A DNA stretch of 64,000 nt from an uncultured archaeon (GTDB taxonomy: Archaea > Iainarchaeota > Iainarchaeia > Iainarchaeales > JAAZKV01), in contig CAZKBG010000001.1 of NCBI GenBank assembly GCA_964551375.1, forward strand, positions 757,150 through 821,149. The letters run 5' to 3'. Shown here one piece after another: positions 9,739-20,300 of this stretch (positions within the stretch are counted from its first letter, which is position 1; the number at the start of each line of letters is the position of its first letter). Position numbers and translations under genes: made by a program. The notes beneath the pieces were generated by a model. The model was not told where the DNA came from. It made no database searches and worked only from the letters and a program-made list of their open reading frames with translations.

Positions 9739-10389
9739 ATGTTTGGCAGAAGAGGGCAGGGCACAATAGAATACCTTGTAATTATTGCAGTTGTGATAGT
9801 TTTAGCGCTTGTTGTTTCTTATTTTATGATGGGCTCGCTTGGCTCGGCTTCAGCAGCAGAAAAGGCGAGTCTTAAAGCAGCTTGGCAGTCAAAAGAAGTG
9901 GGAATTGCTGATTTTGCAGTTGATTCAAGCGGAAGCGGAAAAATCGCATTGATGAACAACTCTGGCGAATTTGTGAGAATAAAGAAAGTTTATGTTGAAG
10001 GAGTGCTTGTTTATGACGGAACGCTTTCACTTGGAAATTTTGACAAATATGTAGTGGGCTCTTTTGCAAGCAATGTCGCAGCGTGCAGTGCGGACAGAAG
10101 ATATAGAATAAGAATAGTTTACGAGGCTGAAAGCGGGCTTGAAGATGAAGTGAGCGGAGATTTGTACCCAGAATGCATGGCAAGCGCATCACAAATAAAC
10201 ACTTTGCTTTTAAGCATCCCAAATATTGACTCAAACATAAATATCGACTTGAATGTATCAACAGGACTTTTAGGACTTGCAAACTCACAGGCAGTGAATA
10301 CAAGAAACCTTGACAATATTTCACAAGGCTCATCCCCAGACTCAAATGTAAAATATGACACTAATGTTGTGACATTAAATACAGTGTGA
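9739..10389 (+). CDS. pilin-like protein with class III (type IV prepilin-like) signal peptide
   Basis: N-terminus MFGRRG|QGTIEYLVIIAVVIVLALV. A short basic leader is followed by Q+1 and E+5, then a hydrophobic helix (DUF361-like archaeal pilin motif). The stop lies 4 nt before the start of the first giant gene. Confidence 0.7.
   Translation: MFGRRGQGTIEYLVIIAVVIVLALVVSYFMMGSLGSASAAEKASLKAAWQSKEVGIADFAVDSSGSGKIALMNNSGEFVRIKKVYVEGVLVYDGTLSLGNFDKYVVGSFASNVAACSADRRYRIRIVYEAESGLEDEVSGDLYPECMASASQINTLLLSIPNIDSNINIDLNVSTGLLGLANSQAVNTRNLDNISQGSSPDSNVKYDTNVVTLNTV
9764..10184 (+). repeat. direct repeat copy A (5' two-thirds of pilin gene); about 88% identical to 30620-31044
   Basis: Visible long identical runs shared by the two copies, e.g. 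ttttatgatgggctcgcttggctcggcttcagcagcagaaaaggc and aactctggcgaatttgtgagaataaagaaagtttatgttga. Confidence 0.8.
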
Positions 10390-10393
10390 GTTT

Positions 10394-13300
10394 ATGGGTT
10401 ATTCTAAATTTTTATTGGCTTTTATATTTATTCTTTTTTTGACAAATGTTTTTTCAGTAGACATTTCCACATGCGCTGATTTATACAATATGGCTGAATC
10501 TTCAAGCTCATTTACCGTTACAACCAATATTGACTGCGCAGCATATACAGCCGCGGGAGATAAATTTGGAAACGCAATAAATTTTTACGGAACGCTTGAC
10601 GGAGGAAACTATACTATAAGCAATATTTATGTAAATGCTCCAGGGGCAGATTATGTCGGAGGAATATTTAGAACAGTAAACAGTGTCAGCAATTTAACTC
10701 TTCAAAATGTAAAAATATATGCAAGCAACAGAAGCTATGTCGGGGGGCTTGCGGGACAATCAAGCGGAACAATAACAAATGTCACAGTAAGAGACTCAAA
10801 TATTTTTGGAAACAACTTTGCAGGAATAGTTGTGGGAAACTCTTTAGGACAGGTGCTGAATTCGTCAGTTTATGATTCAAATATTTCCGCAAACCACGCA
10901 GTTGGAGGAATGGTCGGCAGAGTATATCATAACATGCTGAATCCAAGAGTAAGCAATGCGATAATCAACGGAGTTGGGGATGCTTCAAATGCATATGGAG
11001 TGGGGGGAGTTGTTGGAACAATAGACACAACAAATAGAAGAATAGATTTGAATGATTCAGTTGTGTCGCTTGGAAATTTATACGGAACATACTTTGTGGG
11101 CGGAGCAGTAGGGGTGGCAACATGCTATTACTGCTCAAATCCAGTAACAATGAACCGAATCACAGTTAATGCAAATCAAATAACCGGAAATCAATACGTG
11201 GGCGGGCTTGCCGGGCACTTTCCATTGCCAATAACAATAACCGATTCAAACGCCACAGTGACTCAAATTACAGGAGACCGAGCAAATTCAGGCTCAATAG
11301 GAGGGCTTGTAGGGTACGCAAATGTTGTGGGGAGCAATTTATCCTTCACAGGAAATATTTCAATAAATTCCTCAGGCAGCACAACAGGGTATATCGGCGG
11401 GCTTGTCGGAAGAATTGATTCAGGCTCAATAAGAAACGCAAAAGCAGATGTAAACATTGACACTACGCTTGGCTCGGTAACAATGGATAATGTCGGCGGA
11501 ATTTTGGGATTTGATAATTCAAATACAACAATTACCGACGCAAACGTAGTCTTTGGCGTAATAAAAGGAAAAAATTCTGTCGGCGGAATTGCAGGAAATA
11601 TTACAACTTCAATTGTTCGAACAAGAGTTACCGGAACAACACTTACCGGGGTAGGCGCTGATACTTATTATGGGACTGGCGGAGTTGCGGGAACTGCAAG
11701 AGCCGACAGCAGAAGAATTGATTTGAATGACTCAGTTGTTAACATTACTACTATTAACGGAACAAGATTTACTGGGGGAATAGTCGGAGTGGGGTGGTGT
11801 TATTACTGCTCTAATCCAACAAATGTTTTCAACTCTTCTTTTACAGGCTCTGCTTTGAACGGTTATCAGTTTGCTGGAGGAATCGCAGGATATCTACCAA
11901 GCGGAACATCCCTAATTTCAAACTCAACGGCAAGAATTCCTCAAATGACTTTTTCAGGCTCTGACCCTTACTATTCAGGCGGAGTGGGAGGAGCAGTAAT
12001 TAACATAACTAATTCAAATTTTATTGGAAATATTGACGTAAGCAAATCTTCCAACACAGGAAGCGGATACTTTGGGGGAATTGCAGGACAGGCAAATTCA
12101 ATCTCAGACTCATGGGCTGACACAAATCTTAACTTAATGCTCGGAACATATGCGAGTAATTATGTCGGCGGGCTCGTTGGAAATTACACAGGAAATATTA
12201 CTTCCAGCTATGCAAAAGTCCACCATATTTGGGAACCAAGCACTTCAAACGGGACAAACATAGGGGGGCTTGCAGGGCAGGGGGCTACTGCGGGCGGATA
12301 CATAATAGACTCAAATGTAACTTTTAATGATATTAACGGAGGAAACAGCGTAGGAGGGCTTGCAGGATATACTCAAGGAAATATTTTGCGAACAAAAGTA
12401 ATTGGAAACACTTTAAGCGGAACAGGCGCCGATTCATATTATGGTGTCGGCGGGCTTGTCGGAACAATAAGAGCCGACAGCGGAAGAGTTGACCTAAATT
12501 ATGCAAATGTAAATATTACTACAATTAACGGAACAAGATTTACGGGCGGAATTGTGGGAGCTGGATGGTGTTATTACTGCTCATACACAACAAATGTATT
12601 TAACTCAACTTTCACAGGCTCTGCTTTGAACGGTTATCAGTTTGCTGGAGGAATCGCAGGATGGCTTCCAAGCGGCGCATCAAAAATATATGATTCAAAT
12701 GCGCGAATTACAAGAATTTATCTTTCAGGTTCCAACCCATATTATTCAGGAGGAGTTGGCGGACAGGCATATGATATAAACAATGCAAATTTTATAGGAC
12801 TAATTGAGGTCAACAAATCTTCCAACTCAGGAGACGGATACTTTGGAGGACTTGCGGGACACGCAAACAGTATTTCATATTCCTGGGCTGACACAAACCT
12901 TAACCTTCATCTTGGAGCATATGCGAGTAATTATGTCGGCGGGCTCGTTGGAAATTATACTGGAAACATTGACCACAGCTGGGTTAGGGTTCATCATATT
13001 TTTGAGCCTGCAACAAGCAATGGCGGAAGAGTGGGAGGACTTGCAGGGCAGGGGGCTACTGCGGGCGGATATATTTCTGATTCGAACGCCGTGTTTACTG
13101 ATATTAACGGTGGAAATGATGTTGGAGGGCTTGTTGGTTATGCGCAGGGAAATATTTTAAGAAATAAAGTTACTGGAACAAATGTTAGAGGGACTGGTTA
13201 TTTAGACGGTTATAGTTTGTATGGTGTTGGCGGATTAGTTGGAACAATGCAGGCAGGAGCGCGCTCCGATGTAAATGATAATGTTGTTGATTTGAATTCG

Positions 13301-16300
13301 GTTGTTGCTACAAGTGGTGCCGGCGGACTAGTCGGCTCGCAGTATTGTTACAGCTGTTCTTCAAGCTACTGGATGGGAGTAAATAGATCTAAGGCTGATT
13401 TGAACTGGCTGATTGGGACTACGCACGTGGGCGGCTTAGTCGGACACATTCCGCTTACAGCAAGTTTTATTGCCGACTCAAACGCAAGGATTGTAAAAAT
13501 TTTGGCCACAGGTTCCGACCCATATCACATTGCAGGACTAGCAGGAGCAAATGCAGGAGACATTATCAGGTCAAATTTTGTTGGAGAAATTGATGTTAGA
13601 AAAACAAGCGGAAGCGGAAACAACGGATACATTGCAGGACTTTCAGGGTCAGTTAGAAATATTTATTCCTCATGGGCTGATACAAATATTAACATAATGC
13701 TTGGAACTTTTTCCACAAACTATGTCGGCGGATTAACAGGATACTATTCAGGAAATATTACTTCAAGCTGGGCAAGGGTTCACCATATTTGGGAGCCTGC
13801 AACAAGTAACGGCGGAAGAGTGGGAGGACTTGCAGGATATGGGGCTACTGCGGGCGGATATATTTCTGATTCGAACGCAATGTTTACTGATATTAACGGT
13901 GGAAATGATGTCGGAGGGCTTGTTGGTTATGCGCAGGGAAATATTTTGAGAAATAAAGTTACTGGAACAAATGTCCGCGGCGCAGGACTTGCTGATGGGT
14001 ACAGTGTATATGGTGTTGGCGGTTTAGTTGGAACTATGCAATCAGGAGCGCGCTCTGATGTAAATGATAATTCAGTTGATTTAAATAGTGTCAGCGGAAC
14101 AACGGGTGTTGGCGGGTTAGTGGGTTCGCAGTATTGTTACAGCTGTTCTTCAAGCTACTGGATGGGAGTAAACCGTTCAAGCGTTCGGTTAAATTTTTTG
14201 TCTGGAACAAATTATATTGGCGGAATTTTTGGGCACGCTCCATTGACAGGGACATTTATTTCTGACTCAAATGCAAGAATTCCAAAGATTACTGCTTCAG
14301 GAACAGACCCATATCACGTTGGGGGATTATGCGGACAAACAGAAGGAGATGTGATAAGGTCAAACTTTATTGGAGAAATTGATATTAGAAAAACAAGCGG
14401 GAGCGGGAATAACGGATACATTGCAGGACTATGCGGAGCAGTAAGAAATATTTCTTACTCGTGGGCTGATACAAACATTAACATTCTACTTGGGGGATAT
14501 TCAACAAATTATGTCGGCGGATTAACAGGGTGGCTCAGAGGAAATATGACTTACAGCAATGCAATACTTGGGCATATTTGGGAACCTGCAACTTCAAACG
14601 GCGGAAGAGTAGGCGGATTAGTAGGGCAAGTAGCAGTAGCAGGCGCAAGCATTTCAGATTCAAATGTTATTTTTGTTGATATTAACGGGGGAAATGATGT
14701 TGGGGGGCTTGTTGGTTATGCGCAGGGAAATGTTCTAAGGAGCAAAGTAACTGGAGTAAATGTTCGAGGCACAGGACTTGAAGATGGTTATAGTTTGTAT
14801 GGTGTCGGCGGTTTGGTTGGGACTATGCAGTCAGGCGCGCGTTCTGATGTAAATGATTGTTCAGTTGATTTGAATAGTGTAGTGGGACTTGCAGGAGTTG
14901 GAGGAATAGTCGGCTCTCAGTATTGTTATAGTTGTTCTTCAAGCTACTGGATGGGAGTAAATAGAAGCGTTGCAAGAATTAATTCATTAATCGGAGCCAA
15001 ATACACAGGCGGAATTTTTGGGCACGCTCCATTAACAGGAAGTTTTGCAGCAGATTCAAATGCAATAATTACAAGAATTTACGCGGCGGGGAGCGACACT
15101 TATAATATTGGGGGAGTAGTAGGCGCAAACGCAGGAGATGTTATGCGCTCATATTTTATTGGAACAATTGATGTAAGCAAATCTTCAAACACTGCTAACG
15201 GCGGAATTGGAGGAGTTGCAGGGTCAGTGCGAAATGTATACCAATCCTACGCAGACACAAATATTGATTTTACATTAGGGAATTATTCAGGAAACAGCGT
15301 TGGGGGAGTTGCAGGAAGCGCGGTTACAATAAATGACTCCTACGTTAGAGCAGCTTATATTAAATCAACGCGCTCGGGCTCATATACAGGAGGACTTGTT
15401 GGGTACGCTCAAGGAAATATTAATCACTCATACGCGGCAGTTGCCGATGTAAATGGATATTCATCAGTTGGAGGGCTTGTGGGATACTTTACAAGCTCTT
15501 ACACGGTTTCAAATTCATTCTTTGTGGGAAAAGCAAAAGCATCAAGCTCGGTTGATAATAATATTTTAGCAGGCGCAAACGGAAGCGTATCAAACTGCTA
15601 CTTTAACAACACAGGCTCAAGCGTTGTTTACAAATTAAATGCGGGCTCAACAACAGAACAAGACCCAAACGCGGGCTCATCATTTTTCAAAGGCAATTCT
15701 ACAAACCCTCCATTTGGAGCGGGAGTAGGCGACTGGAATTTTAGCGGAATATGGTATGTGTGGTCAAACGATTATCCTAAATTTGTTAAAAAACTGGCTT
15801 ATTACACAAGCGGAATATTCATTTCTCCAGCAATCAATCTTGGCACCCCAAAAAGATTTGTTTCATTCGACTTCAACGGCAATTTTCCGAACGGAACAGA
15901 TGTAAATTTCCAAATAAGAACCGCTGACTCAAACTCAAATCTTTCAAGCGAAGACTGGGTGGGGCCAAATGACAGCACAAGCGAATATTACAACAGCACA
16001 AGCACAAAAGCAATAACAACCGCGCATGATTTTGATTCATGGATGCAATGGAGAGCAAAACTTTATACAAACGACGAAATAATCACTCCTACAATTTACT
16101 ACGCTGATGTAAACACAGTGGGAATAGGAAGCGTAATATGGTATGGACTATCTGACGGGGCGCAGTGGAGCTCGTTTGATTATAATGTGGTATCAACAAA
16201 CGGCGGAAGCGTTGACTGGTTCTACGGGCCGTCAACAACAGGTCCATGGACTGCGACATCAATGCTTCTTAGCGGACAAAATGTTATAGGGATAAAAGCA

Positions 16301-16378
16301 GTAGCAAGCGCTTCAATTGACGCAAATACTCCAAATATAAGCCCTGATTTGAACGTGTCTTACTCAAGACAAAACTAA
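10394..16378 (+). CDS. giant secreted GLUG-repeat surface protein (1994 aa)
   Basis: Signal peptide MGYSKFLLAFIFILFLTNVFS. N-terminal conserved module (I-S-x-C-x-x-L...NIDC...G-T-L-D-G-x-x-Y-x-I-x-N-I). Dozens of YVGGLxG / VGGLVGY GLUG-type units arranged in about 260 aa super-repeats. Diverged copy of the C-terminal domain shared with the three downstream paralogs. Confidence 0.8.
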   Translation: MGYSKFLLAFIFILFLTNVFSVDISTCADLYNMAESSSSFTVTTNIDCAAYTAAGDKFGNAINFYGTLDGGNYTISNIYVNAPGADYVGGIFRTVNSVSNLTLQNVKIYASNRSYVGGLAGQSSGTITNVTVRDSNIFGNNFAGIVVGNSLGQVLNSSVYDSNISANHAVGGMVGRVYHNMLNPRVSNAIINGVGDASNAYGVGGVVGTIDTTNRRIDLNDSVVSLGNLYGTYFVGGAVGVATCYYCSNPVTMNRITVNANQITGNQYVGGLAGHFPLPITITDSNATVTQITGDRANSGSIGGLVGYANVVGSNLSFTGNISINSSGSTTGYIGGLVGRIDSGSIRNAKADVNIDTTLGSVTMDNVGGILGFDNSNTTITDANVVFGVIKGKNSVGGIAGNITTSIVRTRVTGTTLTGVGADTYYGTGGVAGTARADSRRIDLNDSVVNITTINGTRFTGGIVGVGWCYYCSNPTNVFNSSFTGSALNGYQFAGGIAGYLPSGTSLISNSTARIPQMTFSGSDPYYSGGVGGAVINITNSNFIGNIDVSKSSNTGSGYFGGIAGQANSISDSWADTNLNLMLGTYASNYVGGLVGNYTGNITSSYAKVHHIWEPSTSNGTNIGGLAGQGATAGGYIIDSNVTFNDINGGNSVGGLAGYTQGNILRTKVIGNTLSGTGADSYYGVGGLVGTIRADSGRVDLNYANVNITTINGTRFTGGIVGAGWCYYCSYTTNVFNSTFTGSALNGYQFAGGIAGWLPSGASKIYDSNARITRIYLSGSNPYYSGGVGGQAYDINNANFIGLIEVNKSSNSGDGYFGGLAGHANSISYSWADTNLNLHLGAYASNYVGGLVGNYTGNIDHSWVRVHHIFEPATSNGGRVGGLAGQGATAGGYISDSNAVFTDINGGNDVGGLVGYAQGNILRNKVTGTNVRGTGYLDGYSLYGVGGLVGTMQAGARSDVNDNVVDLNSVVATSGAGGLVGSQYCYSCSSSYWMGVNRSKADLNWLIGTTHVGGLVGHIPLTASFIADSNARIVKILATGSDPYHIAGLAGANAGDIIRSNFVGEIDVRKTSGSGNNGYIAGLSGSVRNIYSSWADTNINIMLGTFSTNYVGGLTGYYSGNITSSWARVHHIWEPATSNGGRVGGLAGYGATAGGYISDSNAMFTDINGGNDVGGLVGYAQGNILRNKVTGTNVRGAGLADGYSVYGVGGLVGTMQSGARSDVNDNSVDLNSVSGTTGVGGLVGSQYCYSCSSSYWMGVNRSSVRLNFLSGTNYIGGIFGHAPLTGTFISDSNARIPKITASGTDPYHVGGLCGQTEGDVIRSNFIGEIDIRKTSGSGNNGYIAGLCGAVRNISYSWADTNINILLGGYSTNYVGGLTGWLRGNMTYSNAILGHIWEPATSNGGRVGGLVGQVAVAGASISDSNVIFVDINGGNDVGGLVGYAQGNVLRSKVTGVNVRGTGLEDGYSLYGVGGLVGTMQSGARSDVNDCSVDLNSVVGLAGVGGIVGSQYCYSCSSSYWMGVNRSVARINSLIGAKYTGGIFGHAPLTGSFAADSNAIITRIYAAGSDTYNIGGVVGANAGDVMRSYFIGTIDVSKSSNTANGGIGGVAGSVRNVYQSYADTNIDFTLGNYSGNSVGGVAGSAVTINDSYVRAAYIKSTRSGSYTGGLVGYAQGNINHSYAAVADVNGYSSVGGLVGYFTSSYTVSNSFFVGKAKASSSVDNNILAGANGSVSNCYFNNTGSSVVYKLNAGSTTEQDPNAGSSFFKGNSTNPPFGAGVGDWNFSGIWYVWSNDYPKFVKKLAYYTSGIFISPAINLGTPKRFVSFDFNGNFPNGTDVNFQIRTADSNSNLSSEDWVGPNDSTSEYYNSTSTKAITTAHDFDSWMQWRAKLYTNDEIITPTIYYADVNTVGIGSVIWYGLSDGAQWSSFDYNVVSTNGGSVDWFYGPSTTGPWTATSMLLSGQNVIGIKAVASASIDANTPNISPDLNVSYSRQN
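11030..15600 (+). repeat. intragenic tandem super-repeat array (about six copies, 771-790 bp period, one CxxC motif per copy)
   Basis: Copy starts near 11044, 11701, 12472, 13262, 14051 and 14838. Near-identical stretches such as gatattaacggtggaaatgatgt...gggcttgttggttatgcgcagggaaat occur at about 13098, 13887 and 14683. Protein-level repeats RSDVNDNxVDLNSV...GSQYCYSCSSSYWMGVNRS. Confidence 0.85.
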
Positions 16379-16399
16379 ATAACTTAATAGACTAAATTT

Positions 16400-16420
16400 A
16401 AGGCTTTTTTAGCCTTTTGT
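16400..16420 (+). terminator. hairpin plus T-run after giant gene 1
   Basis: aaggct ttttt agcctt followed by ttgtt. Confidence 0.4.
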
Positions 16421-16443
16421 TATATAAAATAAGTAGTGAAAAA

Positions 16444-17256
16444 ATGGAAAATTTAATTGTAATAAAACTTGGCGGTTCGTCAATTACAAAAAAAGCCGAA
16501 GGAAAATTTGAAATGAACGAAACTGTTTTAAAAAGCGCAGCAAAACAAATTTCCCAAGCTCTCAAATCCGATAATTCTCTTAAATTAATTCTTGTGTGCG
16601 GAGTGGGACCGTTTGGGCACACAAATGTAGTAAAATACGATTTGAATAATGGGATAAAAACAAGCGCGCAAGAAAAAGGAGTGGAAGTGACAATTAAGGA
16701 CTGCAATTTTGTTGCTGAATCAGTTATGGACGCGCTGGAAAACGAAGGACTGAAAACTGAACACGTTCCAGGATATCTTGTGTGCAAACAAGACGGAAGA
16801 AAAGTAATTTCATTTGACGCAGAGCCTTATACTAATGCAGTTGAGAAAGGAATAATTCCAGTAACAACAGGAATAATGGTAAAAGACAAGTCGCTTAAAT
16901 GGAGCGTGATGAGCGGAGATGCTGCAATTGCGCAAATTACAATGAGACTCATTCCAAAAAAAGTAGTGATAGGAACAGATGTTGACGGAATATTCACAGG
17001 CGACCCAAAAGAAGACAAAAAAGCAAAACTAATTGAAGAAATTTCAAATACAAATCTTGAAAGCGTACTAAAAAAAGCGACAAACTCAAAAGCAGTGGAT
17101 GTAACCGGCGGAATGAAAGGAAAACTTGAAAAATTAGCAGAAACACTCAACGGAACAGAATGCCAGATTTTCAATCTTTTCACTGACGGAAATTTAAAAA
17201 AAGCGCTTCTTGGAGAAAAAATGACTTCCACCAAGCTTAAAATTTGGATTAATTAG
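16444..17256 (+). CDS. ipk: isopentenyl phosphate kinase (amino-acid kinase family)
   Basis: N-terminal IVIKLGGSSITKK, then a GVGPFGH motif. Amino-acid-kinase fold hallmarks. ATG at 16444; the ORF track starts at 16417 inside the upstream hairpin. Confidence 0.8.
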   Translation: MENLIVIKLGGSSITKKAEGKFEMNETVLKSAAKQISQALKSDNSLKLILVCGVGPFGHTNVVKYDLNNGIKTSAQEKGVEVTIKDCNFVAESVMDALENEGLKTEHVPGYLVCKQDGRKVISFDAEPYTNAVEKGIIPVTTGIMVKDKSLKWSVMSGDAAIAQITMRLIPKKVVIGTDVDGIFTGDPKEDKKAKLIEEISNTNLESVLKKATNSKAVDVTGGMKGKLEKLAETLNGTECQIFNLFTDGNLKKALLGEKMTSTKLKIWIN

Positions 17257-17264
17257 TCATTAAT

Positions 17265-17313
17265 AAAGCTTTTATTTGACTTAATCCTACTTTAACATTA
17301 AGCAGGGACTTAA
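17265..17313 (+). promoter_or_regulatory. conserved promoter/leader element upstream of giant gene 2 (TATA-like ttttatttg, then leader ...agcagggacttaa ending at the start codon)
   Basis: About 75% identical to 21184-21233, upstream of giant gene 3. Confidence 0.5.
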
Positions 17314-20300
17314 GTGAACTCGAATTTTTTTAAACTAGCTGTTGCAGTCATTGTTCTATTAATTTCGGCAACCACTTTTTCAGCGACTATTTCTAATTGC
17401 ACTCAGCTACAGGCAATAAGCGGAAGCACCGATTACAATCTTACAGCCGATGTTGACTGCACAGGAGTAGCATTTACTCCAATAGCATCATACACAGGAA
17501 CGCTAAACGGAGTCGGATACAAAATAATCGGACTCAATATTAATCTTCCAACTACTGACAGAGTGGGATTATTTGGAAATGTTTCAAGCTTCACAATCAA
17601 AAATATTATTTTTCAGGACGCAAATATAATCGGGCAGGATTATACAGGAGTAATTGTGGGAAGCGGCAGCCCGCTAATATCAAACGTTTCAGTAATTAAT
17701 GCAAGAGTAAATGGAAGATCTTATGTTGGAGGAATGGCTGGAAGTTATGGGCGAGCATCGTTTAATGGAAATCTGGTTAGCGGACTAAATTTAACTGCGA
17801 CCGGAAGCTATTCCGGCGGAATGATTGGACAATACTCAGCAAGTAACAATCCTGCGGTGGATATTAATGATACAGTAGTTGACATAACTTCTATGACTGG
17901 AGCCCAGTATGTGGGCGGAGTGGTGGGATATAATTGGAACAGCTATAACGGTGTAACAAGATACTATCGAGCAAAAGTAACAATAGGCACACTAACAGGT
18001 GGAAGCTATGTGGGTGGAATTGTAGGAAGACTTGGCGGAACAATTTCAGATTCAAATGTAACAGCTGGAAGAATATTTACTTCAGATTATGCGGCTTATG
18101 TCGGGGGACTTGCTGGGGATAATCACGATTTAGGGTACGGCGGAGGAATTACAAACTCATGGGCAAGAGTAAAAATTGACATAAATAAATTCAACGGAAG
18201 CGGAGCATCAGACGGGTATGTTGGAGGCTTAGCTGGCTCAAACTTAGGACTTGGAATTACTGATTCATGGGCAGATGCAAATATTGACGTATCACTTGGA
18301 ACTTATTCAGGATATTATGTTGGAGGGTTAGCAGGAAAAAGCGGAACAATTACAAGATCTTACTCTACAGGGGCTTACATAAGATCAACCGCTGGTTTTG
18401 GCGGATATGCTGGAGGACTTGCAGGACTATTGTCTGGAAGTCTAGTGGATTCTAATTCTTCAATTCCCTTAATTGACGGCGGAACAAATGATTACGTTGG
18501 AGGATTAATTGGACAATGGGCTGGCTCAAACGGGATTTTGAGAAGCAAATATGTTCCGGGATCAGTTGGAAATATAACTGCAAGAAACCGTGTTGGAGGA
18601 ATAGCTGGAGATAGTTCTGCAGGTGGAGCAAGCGCAGATATTAATGATTGTGTAGTTGACTTTAACTCAATTTCAGGAAATGATTATGTCGGCGGAATTG
18701 TGGGATACATGTGGAACGGCTCAACAGGAGTGAGCAGAATATATCGTGCACAATCAACAATAACAACGATGACTGGCGGAAGTTATATTGGCGGTGTTGT
18801 TGGAAGACTTGGAGGAATGCTATCTGACTCTAATGCAGTTATAAAAAATATTAATGCATCAGGATATGCTGCTTACGTTGGTGGATTAGCTGGAACTAAT
18901 GCGAATTTGGGATACGGCGGAGGACTCGCACGCTCCTGGGCAAGAGTGCAGATTACAACAAACAAAACCAGCGGCTCAGGCGCATCGGACGGATACTTAG
19001 GCGGACTTGCCGGCTCAAACGCGGGATTTGCAATTACTGATTCATGGGCGGATGTAAACATTTACGCAAACGTTGGAACTTATTCAGGATATTATGTTGG
19101 AGGGTTAGCAGGAAAAAGCGCGGGAGCATCAAACTCTTATTCAATAGGAACAATATTGCAATCAACAAAACAATTTAACGGATATGTTGGAGGACTTATT
19201 GGAGAATCAAGCGGAAGCATCACTGATTCAAATTCTGCAATCCAAACAATTGACAGCGGAAGCGGAGCATATCAAGGATCATCTGTTGGCGGATTAGTTG
19301 GAAACTGGGCTGGGGGCTCAAGCATTCTAAGATCAAAATATGTCGGGCGTAATATTATTGGAGGAGCGCAGACAGGCGGAATTGTTGGAAGAGTATACAC
19401 AAGCTCAAATCCAAGCGCTGATGTGAATGACATTACAGTTGACGCAAATTCAGTAATTGGAACAAATCAAATTGGCGGAGCAATAGGATTCATGTGGAAC
19501 TCATATAACAGAGTTTCAAGAATAGCAAGAGCAAAGGTGACGCTTAATTATTTGACAGGAACTGAAGAAGTGGGCGGAGTAATAGGAAGACATCAGGAAG
19601 GATATGCACTGATTGATTCAAACTCAGTGATTCCAAATATTTATGCATATAACACAGGAAAATATGTCGGCGGAATAGTTGGCTGGAAAGACAACGGCTC
19701 TTATGCTGATGCTATTTACATGTCAAACTGCTGGTCCATAAACCAAATTCAAACTAATAAATATAACGGAGGTTCGACTACTGAAGGATATATTGGAGGA
19801 CTTGCGGGAAAAAGCGACGGACCAATTTCTAATTCTTGGGCAGATGTAAATATTGACGCAAATGTAGGAACTTATTCAGGATATTATGTCGGGGGAATTG
19901 TTGGATATGGAAGCACAATTACAAACTCTTATGCAATTGGGGATTCAATTAATGCAGCAAAGGCAACCAATGGAAGCATTGGCGGAATTGCCGGATATGC
20001 CACAACAATACTTAACACTTATTCAAGATTTACGCTTGTTAATGGGGGAACAACTTCTGGAACAGGCGTTGGAGGATTAATTGGAACAGGCGCCGTAAAC
20101 GCAACGATTACAAATTCTTATGTCATAGCAAATGATGTTAATGGATATACGCGAGTTGGGGGAATAGCAGGAGATTTAGGCTCAAATGCCACAGTGACGA
20201 ATTCTTTTTTTGTCGGCAGAGTAAAAGCATCAAACAGTTATGACAATAATATCTATGGATACGCAGGGTATGACCAAACGCAGGCAAACAAAGATATTAA

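Noticed and set aside
11030-15600. Possible CRISPR-like or non-coding repeat array, given the regular roughly 780 bp periodicity
   Set aside because: The period is far too long and the repeats are in-frame coding repeats of one continuous 1994 aa ORF. There are no short direct repeats with unique spacers.
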